Below the pieces are notes generated by a model, which did not search any database, was not told where the DNA came from, and worked only from the letters and a program-made list of their open reading frames with translations. Below are positions 27,243 through 41,315 of a DNA stretch of 64,000 nt, in pieces. The DNA comes from Octopus vulgaris (lineage: Eukaryota): the NCBI GenBank assembly GCA_951406725.2, contig OX597817.1:130510001-130574000 (forward strand). The letters run 5' to 3'. Numbering within the stretch: position 1 is the stretch's first letter; each line of letters starts with the position of its first letter. The translations under genes were made by a program, and so were the position numbers.

Positions 27243-29893
27243 CCTCTAATTCTTGCCAATGCAAACTATCAACAGTTTTCTCAGATGTCTGATTTTACTC
27301 TACATGAATGCTCATCCCGCTGAAAAGAGCCACCAAATCTCCCTCAAACTATAGTCAGTTATCTTAGATGCACTATGTCTAAAAAAAAATAATGTAAAAG
27401 GTATGGGAGGTCATAAGTGGAATGTCTTTAATTCTAGATCAGTTGCCTCAGGGCTGACTTGAGGCAATAACAACCAGTTTCAGCTACAACCATTGTTCTT
27501 GAATGGTTGAATAAATTCACCTGGATATAATATAAATTCCATGACTCAACTATTCTCTCCCTTCCTATACCCTTTAAAAAAAATATAAGTTTTTGTAAAA
27601 CTGAAGGGATTTGTGAGAAATGAGGCAAATTACTCTGCTCTACAACTGGTACTTCTCTTCACTCAGCATATTTTCCTTGTTGGTTCATATTTAATAGGCA
27701 GTATTATCTTTTTTGTTTATTTTTCTTTAAGCAAAGAAAAAAAAAAGTCTTTTGTTTTCTTACCCTACACCACTGAAAAAGAGGATAATAATGTGTATTA
27801 TTCAATCTTAGAAAATTACTGGTATTTTATACATATTGGACTGTCCCTTTCTTTGCTGCTTCATTCACTAAACAGTTAATAAACTAACATAACCCTTTTG
27901 ATACCAACCCACCTAGCATTATCTCAACTTCTATCTTACAATAACCTGAGCTTGTATTATCGTTCACATTTTAATTGAAATCTTTCCTCATAATTTTATA
28001 TAAAATTGCAATTTACAATGTGGAATGTTCATTTTAACCATTCAGAAACTGTTAAATTCCCCTATTTATTACTGTAAAAATTGACATTGACAGGTTCTGT
28101 GTGTTTTTGAATTGCTACAGTGAGTTTTCCACACTGTAATTGTGTTAGTCTCAGACCAAATCATTTGTCAGACAAGTACATCTCCAAAATTTAGATAAGC
28201 CCATCATCTTCATTTTAATGTCAACTGTTTCATGCTTGCATGCTTCAAAGTTCATTGAGGCAGAGTTTCCATAGCCTGGTACCCTTCTTGTTGCCAAACA
28301 TTTAATTGATTCTAAGCCAAGTACTATTTTCCCCATGGTCACTCATATATACACAGAATACTGGAAACGAATGGCATTCATTTACAACAATCATGCAATA
28401 TCAAGATAAGGAGATGCAGGGTGAAGGAGGGACCCCGCCCACACACACATACATATATGACAGGCTTCTTCCGGTCTCTGTATACCAAATCCATTCATAT
28501 GACTGGTCAGGTGGGCTATAGTAGAAGATATTTGTTTGTAGTGCTATGCAGTGAGATTGAACTAGAAACCATGTAGTTGGGAAACAAACTTCTTAACCAT
28601 GTCATGATCATATTTTAATCAAACTATTTCCCCATAATTTTAGATAAAATTCAAAGACTCATTTTATCTATGGAAGTATGGAAAATACATTTTAGCCACT
28701 CAAAAACACACAGAAACTGTTGACTTCACTTTATCAGAGCTGTAAACAACGGCTGCAGGGCATACTGTCTGACATCATAACAGTTTTTGATAATCCATCA
28801 CCCTACACTAGCTTAATAAGGAAAAGTAAATTATTTTAAATCTTATTAAAATTCTTAAATATTTTCATAATGAATGAAAATGCACATATACACTGTGTGT
28901 TTGAAAATATGATCATGCAGGGGTTAAACCAAAAACAAGTGAAAAAATTCCCAAAGAAACATCACTCATTTTCTCCCTATGAAGACTTATAATGATATCA
29001 ATTAATTAGAGGTAACTACATCCACCCCATCCCCCAAAACAGTACTCTGGATCTTTTAGAGTGAGGTTCTTAAATAAACTGACATTTCCTTAGTTATGGT
29101 TAGAGAATCATGTCACATTAGAGAAGATGAGAAAATGTCACACAAGCAATCTTCTTTGACTGACTATGTTGAATGGAAATTGAAGCACCCTGCTTTTTTT
29201 TCCTTTAATTTGAATGGTTTCCTGGATGAGGTTAGTTTATTTGAAAATTTAGTGCACAGTTGTATGTTATTAAACTATCAAAACTAAGAGTAGGTGTATT
29301 TGTGTGTGTGTGCATGTTTCATTCGTTTTTACTTCCATCTTTTCATGTTAGCATGGGTTATAGTGTCAATGCACATTATTGAAGCATTGTTTTATAACAA
29401 GATTCCCTTTCTGCTGCTAGCCTTTACCTGCTTCTCAAGAAAGGAATCTCTTATTCTATATGTGTTTGAAGGTGCAAAACCGGAGGACAGTTTAATAGGA
29501 AAAATAGAAACAATATCACCATTTATTGTTTTGGTGATGTTCAAAGAGATATGAATGTAAACATCATCATTATACATCTGTGTATGCATACACACATATA
29601 TATGTGTGCACACACATACATGTTGGGTTTATTTCAAACCCACTTGCCCAAGGCACTCTGAAATCTAACCCATAGCCAAGTGATTCAGAAGTGAACTTCT
29701 TAAGCATTCAGTCATGCCTGCACCTATATACACGTGTGTGTGTAAAAGAGAAAGAGAGAGTGGTGATCCTAGATGCCTTATAGAATTATATCTGGAGGGG
29801 GAAAAAAAGAAGCAAAATGACCAATCAGAAGGTCCTAGCTGGATTGCCTTTTGGTCATTGTCTGCTTGACTAAGGTTTACAGGAGCAATACAA

Positions 29894-30125
29894 AGGCAGT
29901 GAGCTGGTAGAAACATTAGCACACCAGACGAAATACTTAGCGATATTTCGTCTGCAGCTACGTTCTGAGTTCAAATTCCACCGTGATCGACTTTGCCTTT
30001 CATCCTTTCAGGGTCGATTAAATAAGTACCAGTTATGCACTGGGGTCGATATAATCGACTTAACCCGCTTGTCTGTCCTTGTTTGTCCCCTCTGTGTTTA
30101 GCCCTTTGTGGGTAGTAAAGAAATA
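29894..30125 (+). mobile_element. Young tRNA-derived SINE (family B)
   Basis: GAGCTGGTAGAAACATTAGC head, B-box GAGTTCAAATTCC, 13-bp TSD AGGAGCAATACAA (29881-29893 / 30126-30138). Confidence 0.93.
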
Positions 30126-30539
30126 AGGAGCAATACAACAACAGTGACTTTATCTAAAAATGTGCCAGTTAACCTAAATTGTTTTCTGATGGATCTTTCT
30201 GATTATTGCAGCATAGAGTATTAGGATATGGGGTTAGAGTTAACCTTATCATTACAGAAGGGGTCATCATGTAGTTGATCAATTGGCTAGAAATAGCAGT
30301 CAAATCTCTTTCAGATCACACACCCTTCAGTCTTTTAGTAAGGATAATATTGGATAATATAGTTCTAGATGCACCATGTCTGAAATATAAATATATAAAG
30401 AAAGTGGTCGGTTGGAATGTCTTTGATCAATCAATAATCTGTCTTCTAAATTCAGGCTTACCTAGAACTATATGACAAAAAAAATGGACAGATATAAAAG
30501 CAGCCAGCTAAGTCTCTTAGATGGATAGGTGGATGAACG

Positions 30540-30597
<58 letters not shown>

Positions 30598-30709
30598 GAT
30601 ATAGGGAGAGAGAGAGAGAGAGAGAGAGATGCAGATACAGATAGATACATACAGAGACAGATGATAGATAGCCAGAGACAAGTGATAGATAAGAGTGAGA
30701 GAGATTGAT

Positions 30710-31260
30710 AGGTAGAGTGAGAGATAGAGATTTGAAAGGTAGAGTGAGAGATAGAGATTTGAAAGGTAGAGTGAGAGATAGAGATTTGAAAGGTAGAGTG
30801 AGAGATAGAGATTTGAAAGGTAGAGTGAGAGACAGAGATTTGAAAGGTAGAGTGAGAGATAGAGATTTGAAAGGTAGAGTGAGAGATAGAGATTTGAAAG
30901 GTAGAGTGAGAGATAGAGATTTGAAAGGTAGAGTGAGAGATAGAGAGAGAGAGTGAGAGATAGAGATTTGAAAGGTAGAGTGAGAGATAGAGATTTGAAA
31001 GGTAGAGTGAGAGATAGAGATTTGAAAGGTAGAGTGAGAGATAGAGATTTGAAAGGTAGAGTGAGAGATAGAGATTTGAAAGGTAGAGTGAGAGATAGAG
31101 ATTTGAAAGGTAGAGTGAGAGATAGAGATTTGAAAGGTAGAGTGAGAGATAGAGATTTGAAAGGTAGAGTGAGAGATAGAGATTTGAAAGGTAGAGTGAG
31201 AGATAGAGATTTGAAAGGTAGAGTGAGAGATAGAGATTTGAAAGGTAGAGTGAGAGATAG
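30710..31260. repeat. 27-bp minisatellite AGGTAGAGTGAGAGATAGAGATTTGAA, ~20 nearly identical copies
   Basis: Direct tandem copies without spacers, one aberrant unit near 30940-30955; flanked by (GATA)n(GACA)n(GA)n at 30541-30630. Confidence 0.97.
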
Positions 31261-31672
31261 CAGGCTACATGGAGGTAGATGAGAGAGAGAGAGGTAAGTA
31301 AGTAGAAGGTTAAAATAGACAGGTGGATAGATAGACTTATTGTCAATCAGAAGCAGATTGGGATAAGACAGAAAACTAGAAGAGAATCTCTTTTTGTCTT
31401 TATGCTTCTTTCTCGTTTTCTTTATCTCTCTCTCCCTCCCCTTTTTTATTCGTTGTGCCTGTCTAGTGGTGGGTTTAAAGTCTACGTCATCATTAATCAG
31501 ACCAATCACTGACAAGGAATATTTTTTCTCTTTTTAGGCCATGAGTTTCTTTTCGTTGTCTAGAAGCGGTTGTGTATATCAATATACTTGCATACTCATA
31601 CATGTAATCATTTATTTATATACATGCTTCTCTATAGATAATTTGATGCACATACATATGTGTGTGTGCGTG

Positions 31673-31714
<42 letters not shown>

Positions 31715-33548
31715 TACATACATATAGTACATTATTGTGTATGTATATACCCATGTATGTATGTGTGTAAAATTAGCATTCTCAGTTCAATTTTTACATA
31801 CCAATGACGTGACGTATTTGGAGCAACTGAAGTAAAAGATGATCAAAAAATATTATAGGCATGGTGTCTTTTCCCTAATTTCCCAGCCAAGAATTTTTTT
31901 ATTCGTTCTCTTAAAAATTAAATTTAATGCTGTTGCTTTTGATGGGAAGTAGTGTGCGTATGTGTATGTCTGACTGAGACATGAAGAAATAAAACCAGAA
32001 GTAGATTTGACAGTGAAATGGAGACACCATGTCTTGAAGGTCACAGCATTCTTTCCCTGCACCACACGCATACACACACACAGGTGCACATGCACACACA
32101 CACACTGTACTCTCACGGCCATCCTCACATCTAATTCCACAATCATCTCACTCATGTCCTCTCAGTCACACTATCACCTCACATTTCCTCATTTGTACTC
32201 TACATATTTTCACTACCTCCTCTCACAACATGTCCTCAGTGTTACTCTCTTACTTCCCATTTCCTGTGTTCTTTATGCTTATCTATTCTTCTTGTACTTT
32301 GAATCTGGTACCAGAATTTACTTGAAAGTTGTTACAAAATACCGGTTTATCGCAACTGGAATGTCTTTGCTAAACAACTTAAAATTCATCAGCATTTTTA
32401 TTGACAGATAATACTGGTTGAGATTCTCTATGCTTTCTGCTGAAACCTAAATTCCCTGTATTGTTGTTTTGTTATTAGGTAAATAATTCACTAATACAAG
32501 AATTTTGATACAACAATAAATAGCTCAACAAGAATCAAAACATGAAGGTTCAGTATAACATAATGGAATGTCTTGTTTTCACCACTTCATCATTGGCCAT
32601 TCACTTACATAATTTCATATATAGGCATGTAGTATCGAATTTATTCATACTAAAAGTTCATATTTCTACTATATGATATCATCTGATACCAATATCTGAA
32701 AAGTAAGGGCTTAATACTCCAGGTAGATCAAGTACTCCTCCTAAGAATCTTTCACTCAAGGTTTGAGCCTATTGTTCTGCATTTCACGCAGTTCATGTTC
32801 TGGCTTATTTAGACCTGATTTGGTTGGAATGGGCTATGTTCCAATCCCATTCCTTGTAATGAGAACAGTGTTGCTTCTAACTTCCATAACAAAGTTTATA
32901 ATTTCAGTGTTAAACCTTTTTTTTTTTAAACTGCATTTCCTCATCTATAGAACAGGACATTATCAAGGATGTATGAGTTTGATGATACTTTGTTGTCTGA
33001 TTATAGCATGAGGAATGGTATGATAACTGACAAAGTAATCACAATAAAAAGGGGGCAATTTTTTCTCCCATTTTAATTATCTGCAGCATTTGTTTGTAAT
33101 TATTGCAACCATTTTCTTGGAGGAGCCATAATCAGATAGTCATAAAATTTGGTGGGTATTTGTTTGATGCCAAAAACTTTAGCATTCCATTCCAAGTGAA
33201 AATGACATGCAACACCTGTTTTGCAGTAGAACTCTTCCTGTTAGGGACACAAATAATTTCTGGTAAATCTAATAAGGAATCCATTATGATAAGCAACAAT
33301 CTAAGGAAGGTCAAAAATCACCTGATCTGGTGGTCTTGGTGCTGGATTTGGTGGGGATTTCTCTCCCTGCTAGTGACATGCACAAGCATGCATTTTGCAC
33401 CAAAAGCCTATATGAGAGTTCCTCTCATGGTATCTACTACAGTAAAGTTTATTCTAACAGAACATCCATGTTTAAGTAGGAATAAATATGTATTTTTTTT
33501 ATTCTGGAAATGATTTTGTTTAGTATTGAATTACACATTGTTTCTGGA

Positions 33549-33834
33549 GAATTCATCTATGAAGCAATTGCCCCAGCTCCCCTTCAGGGTTGGCGAAAGT
33601 GATGTGGTGGACAACAAAAAACCTGGTTGATGACAGTCAAGGCTGATCTGGAACCCAACCTGGGCCCCTATGTCTACGGCATTCACCGCTGGAATAGGGA
33701 GTGGTTGGAGATCACATGGTCGTTAGCCTCAAATCGCCAGGCCTGGTCGGCGTTTGTGAGAGATGCAGCATTGAGGATGAATGAAGCCAGCTCAACCCAC
33801 CCCGGGTGAATGCTGTCTCAAGACAAGACAAGAG
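33549..33834 (+). mobile_element. 5'-truncated RTE-clade LINE 3' end with TSD
   Basis: Encodes GWRK*CGGQQKTWLMTVKADLE...LASNRQAWSAFV (RTE C-terminus); (CAAGA)n tail; 14-bp TSD ACATTGTTTCTGGA at 33535-33548 and 33835-33848. Confidence 0.9.
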
Positions 33835-36704
33835 ACATTGTTTCTGGATAGGAATGGTGGTACCAAGCATTTACATAACAAAGAAATAACAATGCATAAC
33901 TGAAGGTTAAATATAAAGTACCTCAAAATAATCTGCTTAACGGTTTCAAATTAAGGGACACTCTGACTGATCAAGCTGTAGGTCTTATCTTTATGACCAA
34001 TTACTACTGACTTTGCAGTTATAGAACTTGCAATATATGCATATCAAAGCATGAAGAAGAGTTAATTCGTAAGTTTCTTATTTCTGCTTTAACATTATCC
34101 AGTATCTTCAGTTTAATCCCAGGTCAGCCTAGTCAACCAGACATAGATCAAGAGCATTCCAGCACTGATGTCTTTTATGAGACACATTATGTCTAGGACT
34201 ACATTATTTAATCCACTTTTTTCTTTCTTTGATAGGAGTATGTGGTTTTGTGATATCAGGGAGATTTATTTAGTTGTGGTTTCTAGCAAATCAAACAGCT
34301 ATTTAGAGGTGTGATAGACATAGTTGCATATGATTTGAAGTTTTGATGGCTATTTTCAGCGACCAAGTAGAGACTCACTCAATTTTTTCTTAACGTTAGG
34401 TTGAATATTTTTTATTACAGAGTCGCAAAACTTATTTCCTGTTATGTGCTCCTGTGCCTATCAGTGGTAATTGACATTGATAACTCAAATCTGGCTGATC
34501 AAAGGTGATCTAAACATGATTATCTCCCCTTCAATTTTTTTTTCAGTTTTTTTTTGGCTATAATAATGTATCTAGGATAACATTGTCTAATGTGTTCTTT
34601 CTTTCTTTTTTCAAACTAGTGCAGTAAGATATCTAACTACTGTTTCTTGCAGTTCATGTGACCTCCTTGAAGCTCCTTCTTTTGGAGGTCATTTATGTAG
34701 GTCACGGTCACTTTGTTATTTACATTCAGAGCCATACACATGCATATGTCATTTCTACCTCCAACAACTCCACCACCACCATCACTCTCTGTTTACAGTT
34801 TCATGCACTCCCCTTCCTCCTACTGAGCTTTCTTCATTTTTTTTCTTCCTTTTGTTATCTATCAATCATGGGCATTGCTGTATGATTATATGATTTATGT
34901 ATGTATGTGTTTATGTAGGCACGAGAGTATGCATGTGATGGTAATTTGTATATGTTCACACTGAGTATCAATAATTTACATATACAAGGCTTGCATGGGT
35001 GTTGATAATTTGTTACAGATATGTATGGATGCACATGTGTGCATGTTTGTGAATAAATCTTTGTATTGTGTTTTTTTTCTTATTGTGGCTCACTGTCTCT
35101 CTCCCTTTCCCCTCTCTTTCTTTCTCAGTGACCAGTTCTTTGTTTGTTTCTCTGACTCATAATCGCCCCCCCCCTCGCTATTAATTGTCACCTCACGACC
35201 TCCTTATTCTACTATCTCCCTCTCCAATAATGCATATGCATTTTTTACAGCTGCCAATAAGGGAAGACCAGGTGGGCAAGGAGAGTCCCTCTCTCTCTCT
35301 CTTAAAGTCAGCTGTCACTAGTTCCCTAACACACTTTCCCTCTTTCTATCCACCTTCCACTCTTCCCGCCAATTCTATTTATCTCAGCTCCCTATCCTTC
35401 TCTCCATGTCTGGTTCTGTAGATTCTGGTTGTCATGTTTTATTCTCTACAGTCAATTTCCTGCACCACTCCATATATCTTGATAATAGTAAAATCATTGC
35501 CTGTGTTGAGGGAGAGAAATGGTTGTCAGGGTGTGGGTGGTGGTGGTGGAGAGAATGTTGTAGCTTTAAACACCCAGCCATATACACTCTCCTCTCTATG
35601 TCCTACCTTCTACCCCTTTACATTTTTTTTCAGCTCATCTCTGCCTCTCTTCCCCTACTTCTTTGCTTCCACTCTTACTTCACCAAATCCACCCCACATC
35701 TTAACTCACCCATCCCTAACGCCTCTACTCCCTCTCTCCTATAGAACATGGTGAGTGTCTGATGACACATCTTGTTTTGACCAATCGGAGGATCCTCTAA
35801 CATAGTTGCTCACCCTCCAAGAAATAGCAGCTGAAATATTCTTTGAAAGAACCAAAAACAAAGCAAAAACAAAAACAGGCAAAATACATTGGATAATGTT
35901 ATCATAGATGTACTGAGTCTAAAAGAGAAAGAGATAGCTATGACTAAAATGCCTTTGATCATTTATGTATCAATTCAGTCAAGGCTTTCCTGGGGCTAAA
36001 CTACAGCACCAAGGAAACTTTGTTGTTTATGTGGCAAACATGCTAATCATGAGTTCAGTTTCAAATGAGGTTCACTTTCCTTTTGTTAAAAATATGTCTC
36101 AGTAATAAAAATTCTAGGTTTAATTCAGTTCGCTTCTCTGGCTTCCCCTAAAAATTATGTGGTGGGGAGAGACATGTTTTAAAATGAGAAAGAGTTATTG
36201 AGGTACAGTTGCCAGAGAGCATGTTACAAAACAGCAGCAGCAAATTGGTAGAATCTTTAGAGCATCAGATACAGTGCTGGCAGTAGAGTGACAAGATCAC
36301 AACAAGATAGATGCCTTGTGGTATTTTGTTCAATCTTTTTATATCCTGATTCTAGTTCCTACTGAGATCAATTTTGTCTTTTATTTTCCTGGAGAGTCAA
36401 TAAAATAAACTAGTAGTCAACTTAATCAACTTCATAGCCTACCCCAAATCTATGGTTTTGTGCCTCTCTTTGAAATTATAATTATTACTATATATGATAG
36501 CATACAAAATGCACCCCAGTTGCTGCACCTCATCATATTCAGGAAGCCCTTCACATATATTGGGGGTGATTTTTCTTTTTCTTGAGATATTTTTGTGGGA
36601 AAATAAACATCTTATATACCATCAAATTAGTCATTTTGCAGTTTAGTGTTAGAACTTTTTTCTTTATTCTTTATTTTTGGAGAAGAAAGGTATCTTTTAT
36701 TTGT

Positions 36705-37097
36705 TTCTGTCATTAGACTGTAGTCATACTGGGGCACTGATTAGAAGAATTTTAGTCACACAAATTGACCCCAGTACTTATTCCTCTTTTAAGCCTGGTA
36801 CTTATTCTATCAGTCTCTTTTGCCAAACCACTAAGTTATGCAGATGTAAACACATCAGCACCAGTTGCCAAGCAGTGGTGGGGGGACAGACACAAAAACA
36901 CACACATACATTGATGCATGTACACACACATATATATGACAGGCTTCTTTCAGTCTCCATCTGTCAAATCCTCTCACAAGGCTTTGGTGGGTCCGAGGCT
37001 ATAGAAGATATTTGTCCAAGGTGCCACACAATGAGACTGAACCCAGAAGCAGGGGTTGGAAAACAAACTTTTTACCACACATCCATGCTTACACCTA
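36705..37097 (-). mobile_element. SINE family A copy
   Basis: Full head-to-tail reverse-complement match to family A. Confidence 0.87.
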
Positions 37098-37742
37098 TAT
37101 CCAAAATGTTAAACTTCACCACTTCCTCACAGCAAAAATCATTTACTCTGTCTGAACTAGAAATATAGCCAAGTGCAAAGAGTGCAGTTTTCTATTTTTG
37201 TTGTATCTAGTTCAGTGTTTCATTATTAATGCTGTTATTACGGTTGCTTTTATTTTTAGTTTAAATCTTGTCAGTGCCAACTGTCATATACATCAATTCA
37301 GGCTCATTAAGATAGATACCAGTGAAGTACTGCATTGACTTATTCAACTGTACCTTTTGTCTCTCTTGTCCCGACATCAAAAACCATTAATCACCTTCTT
37401 GGGCGCACTTTGGGTTTTGACTCTCCTACCTTCACAAATTGATAAAATAACTACCAATAACTGATTTGATTAAATAACTACAAATAATAGATTGATTTGA
37501 TTGAATTTTAAAAAATATTTTCCATCAGGTTTTCTTGTTGATGTTCATATCATTAAGCAGAAGACACACACTCACTCAGACACACACTCATACATTCATG
37601 CACACTCACACACACATTCTCTCTCTCACTTTTTACTAATTCCACTCATTGGATAATAGTCATACTGAAGCTTTGCTTTGAAGGATTTTTCATTGATCAA
37701 GTTTATCTCTGTGCTTAGTTCAGTTTGCTATTCTCTCTCCTC

Positions 37743-37773
<31 letters not shown>

Positions 37774-39211
37774 TATATATACTGACTGAAATAATCACTA
37801 GTGCTTATATTATTGACTAATAGCCCTTAAGGACAGTGTTCCAGCATAGCTGCATTGGGAATAAATGAAATCACTGTATATTTGCACTCATGTCCTTATA
37901 AAATGGGGTACTCTTTCTTTTTGTCACTTTCACATGCTCGCTTATCCCACTACAAATACTACCTATGTCTCTCTCTCTCTCACTCTCTCGCTCTCTCTGT
38001 GAGTGTTTGTGTTTTGAAATCTGCAGTTTTATCAACCGTGTTATTTCTCTATCATTTCAGTGACCACTAGCAACAACTTGTTCAGGCAGTTCCCAAGAAT
38101 TCCTTCCTGAAGATCAATCCACACCTCTATGTTCTGAGTGGTATGTGAATTCTTTTTATCTATTTTGACATTCACTTGTTTTATTTCATCATCATCACCA
38201 TCACATCCATTTTGCCATGCTTGCATGAATCACACAGTATTTGTTAAGGTAGATTTCCTGTGGCCAGATTGCTCTTTGACACTTGTCTGTTTCCAGATAA
38301 AGTAATATTTCCTATTTCCCCATAACTAGACATGTTTTCACTGAAGATTGGAAACCACTTGCATGGCTGTGACATACATTTTACAATTATCATGCTATAT
38401 CAAGGCAAGGAGACAGTAGCACGCATGCATGCATGCATGCTTACAGACAGGCACACAGACAGAAAGCTGATTCAAAGACACTACAGATCCATCACTTGGA
38501 ACTATATAAAAATCACGTAAAACTTTCCAGAAGTTTATCATTTAAGTATATATGAGCATGTCTAGACATGCAACTATATGCATGAGAAAACATACATAAG
38601 ATAAAACACACAAATCTGCTCATATACATACACACATACAAAAATATCCTGTTGATGTTGTTGAAATTCCAATGAAGGAGCTTTGGATCTAGGTTAGAAA
38701 CTGCCTCTTTCTCTATTGGCAAGAACTCTTGAAATAAAACTGAATGACACCCATCCATACATACTTCTGTGAGTATGTATATACAGGGCAAGATTCTTTC
38801 AGTTTCCATCTACCAAATCCACTCACAAGGCTTTGGTTGGCCTAGGGCTCAGAGACACTTGCCCTAATGGTGTTATGCAGTGGGATTGAACCTGGAACCA
38901 TGTGACTGGGAAGCAAACTTCTTAACACTCAACCATATCTGCACCTTATTTATATTATTTAATATCATGCAGCTATGCAAACAATAGTATCTTCAACAAT
39001 AGACTTCCAATGGACCAAACACCTATTTATTGCATTTACTGTGTTAAAAGTTATTCAGGATTGTCTGTGAAACGTGGGTGGAACAAATATTGCAAGGGAC
39101 TTAATGCAAGAGTATCAGTTTATTGTTTTGACAATGTTTACATCTTTTGCTCAAATAAGTTGCCAAATGATATATCCACCTATCTATGTATGCTTGCCTG
39201 TGCTTTGTGTG

Positions 39212-39582
39212 TCATCATCATCTTTTAACATCCTCATTCAATGATGGCATGAGTTGGATGGTTTGACAGAAGCTGGCAAGCGAGAAGGCAGCACCAAGCT
39301 CTACTGTTTGCTTTAGCATGGTTTCTTCAGCTGGATGCCCTTCTTAATGGCAACCACTTTGTATGGAGTGTACTCAATGCTTTCAACATGGCACCAACAG
39401 CAGTGGTCACCAAGTAACTTCCAAGACAAAACCCCTCAGCTGAGATGGGTTTTGAGGGAGGTGGCTTTATGCCAGGAGATGAGAGGTTAATGTATGACTA
39501 GAGGAACAGGAATAGATGCCTTGCAGTGGAGAATATACATGGCTACCTCAGTTGGATATAGGAATGGAAGAGAGTATGTGTT

Positions 39583-39613
<31 letters not shown>

Positions 39614-40230
39614 AGGAGAAATTAGATGAAGTTATGACAGAGCATACAGTCACGTTGCAGCGAGGTGTTCGTTAGTGAAGCGGAACAAGGGTATAGAGTG
39701 AATGGGTGATTAAGTTCATGAATTTGCGAAAGGAGAGTGGGAGATGGAGGTGAGGGAGGAATGTAGCGAGTGGACACAAGTTAAGGGGAGGGGGAGAGAT
39801 TCAACAGGGATGTAGTGTGTGCATGTAGGTTCACAAGAGAGAGTGGGTGATAGAGGGAAGGGGGATTACAGCAAGTACAGGTGGAGGGAGGGGGAGGTGT
39901 TAGGAAGATGGAATGTTGGGGAGCAGTTTGTTTGGGAGAGATTACCTGCAGGGACTTGGACATAAAGGACATGCCTTTATGGTCTTGATTTTGGGATGTG
40001 TCTTCTTAAGTATAGTAAATTGCCAATCATATTGGTCTTTTGTCATCTCTGTGCAGCACAGCCTCCACATTTAGACAACATCTCCTCTTTGTGCAGCTGT
40101 CTTCATCTGTCTTTATGCAGCACAGTCTTTTCTCTTGCATACTACATTTGATGCCTCTTTACTCAATTTTCTCAACACTTTGCATACATGCAAGCTAACA
40201 TTGCACATCCAGTGAAGCATGCTGGCTTCC
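39212..40230 (-). mobile_element. Decayed RTE LINE 3' portion (coding remnant + long 3'UTR + (GAT)n tail)
   Basis: Minus strand 40230-39975 encodes EASMLHWMCNVS...RGIKCSMQEKRL...DEDSC (RTE-BovB-like). It continues into the family-C tail at 39420-39212. Confidence 0.7.
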
Positions 40231-40784
40231 CAACTGCTACTATTGAGTTTAGAGCTCTAACTAGATCATCGTCATCATCATCATCTAGTAGTTTGGTTAC
40301 CATTATACTTAGTAGTATTACTGTTTATGACATACAGAACAAACATTTGATTTCTGTCCGTGCCCATGCACATAGGCATGCCCTCCACATCCTTCTCTTA
40401 GCTGAGTGATCCTGATCTTGCAGGCTTGTGGGTGCTGGTGCCACATAAAATCACCCAGCACACTCTGTAAAGTGGTTGACATTAGGAAAGGCATCCAGCT
40501 GTAGAAATCCTCCCAGAACAGATAAATGGAGCCCAGACAGCTCTTCAGCTGGCCAGCTCTTGTCAAAACATGCGGGAGCTTCTCTGTAGTTACTCAGTTT
40601 GCTAGAAATAAGTTAAATTTCCTTAAATTTATTCTATCATCTTTAAAATGTGAAATACATTTAGGATAAGGCAGTTGTCACTGTTAGAAAATCTTTAATT
40701 ATGGGTTGGCTCTTCTAGAGCTACCTTGGGGTTAAACATCAACAACAGTTACTATATATGAGCTAACAAGCAAATTCCTATGTA

Positions 40785-40960
40785 GTCATTTGATTTGCTG
40801 CAAATAGAAGCCAAATCACACCTTGCCATTAAAAAGGTGAAAAAGAACACATTGGATAATGTCATTCTAGATATAGTATGCTGCGTATCATATTTGGTTA
40901 CAGCTGAACTACCTTAAATCACAGATCTGTTTGATCATGGCTGATTGGACTAAACAGCTA
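40785..40960 (+). mobile_element. Old dispersed retroposon-like family E (representative copy)
   Basis: Motifs CTAGAAATAGCAGCCAAAT...CATTGGATAATGT...CCTGGGGCTAAAC(AAC)n recur in roughly 20 places: ~6335, 15780, 16830, 20520, 26145, 26420, 27325, 30275, 34110, 35805, 40585, 41840, 42808, 44865, 45210, 45420, 47440 and others. Confidence 0.75.
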
Positions 40961-41040
40961 CTAGTCAGCTGTGCACTTACCATCACAGCTCCCTAAAATC
41001 ATTTCGTTCTTCTTTCTCTCCTATCTAAAATAATACAAAA

Positions 41041-41315
41041 GTACTGGCACCTGTGCCAGTGGCATGTGTAAAAATATTCGAGTGAGGTTGTTGCCAGTAC
41101 TGCCTGACTGGCCCCTGTGCCAGTGGCACGTAAAAAGCACCCACTACACTCTCGGAGTAGTTGGTGTCAGAAAGGGCATCCAGCTGTAGAAACTCTGCCA
41201 GATCAAGATTGGAGCCTGGTGCAGCCATCTGGTTCGCCAGCTCTCAGTCAAAATCGTCCAACCCATGCTAGCATGGAAAGCGGACGTTAAACGATGATGA
41301 TGATGATGATGATGA
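41041..41315 (+). mobile_element. Repeat family C copy with (GAT)n tail
   Basis: ...GTGGCACGTAAAAAGCACCCACTACACTCTCGG...GGAAAGCGGACGTTAAAC(GAT)n. Confidence 0.88.

Noticed and set aside
30710-31260. CRISPR array, or an RD-repeat protein gene (ORFs 30468-31515)
   Set aside because: Units are contiguous with no unique spacers and no cas genes; the ORFs arise only because the 27-bp unit lacks stops.
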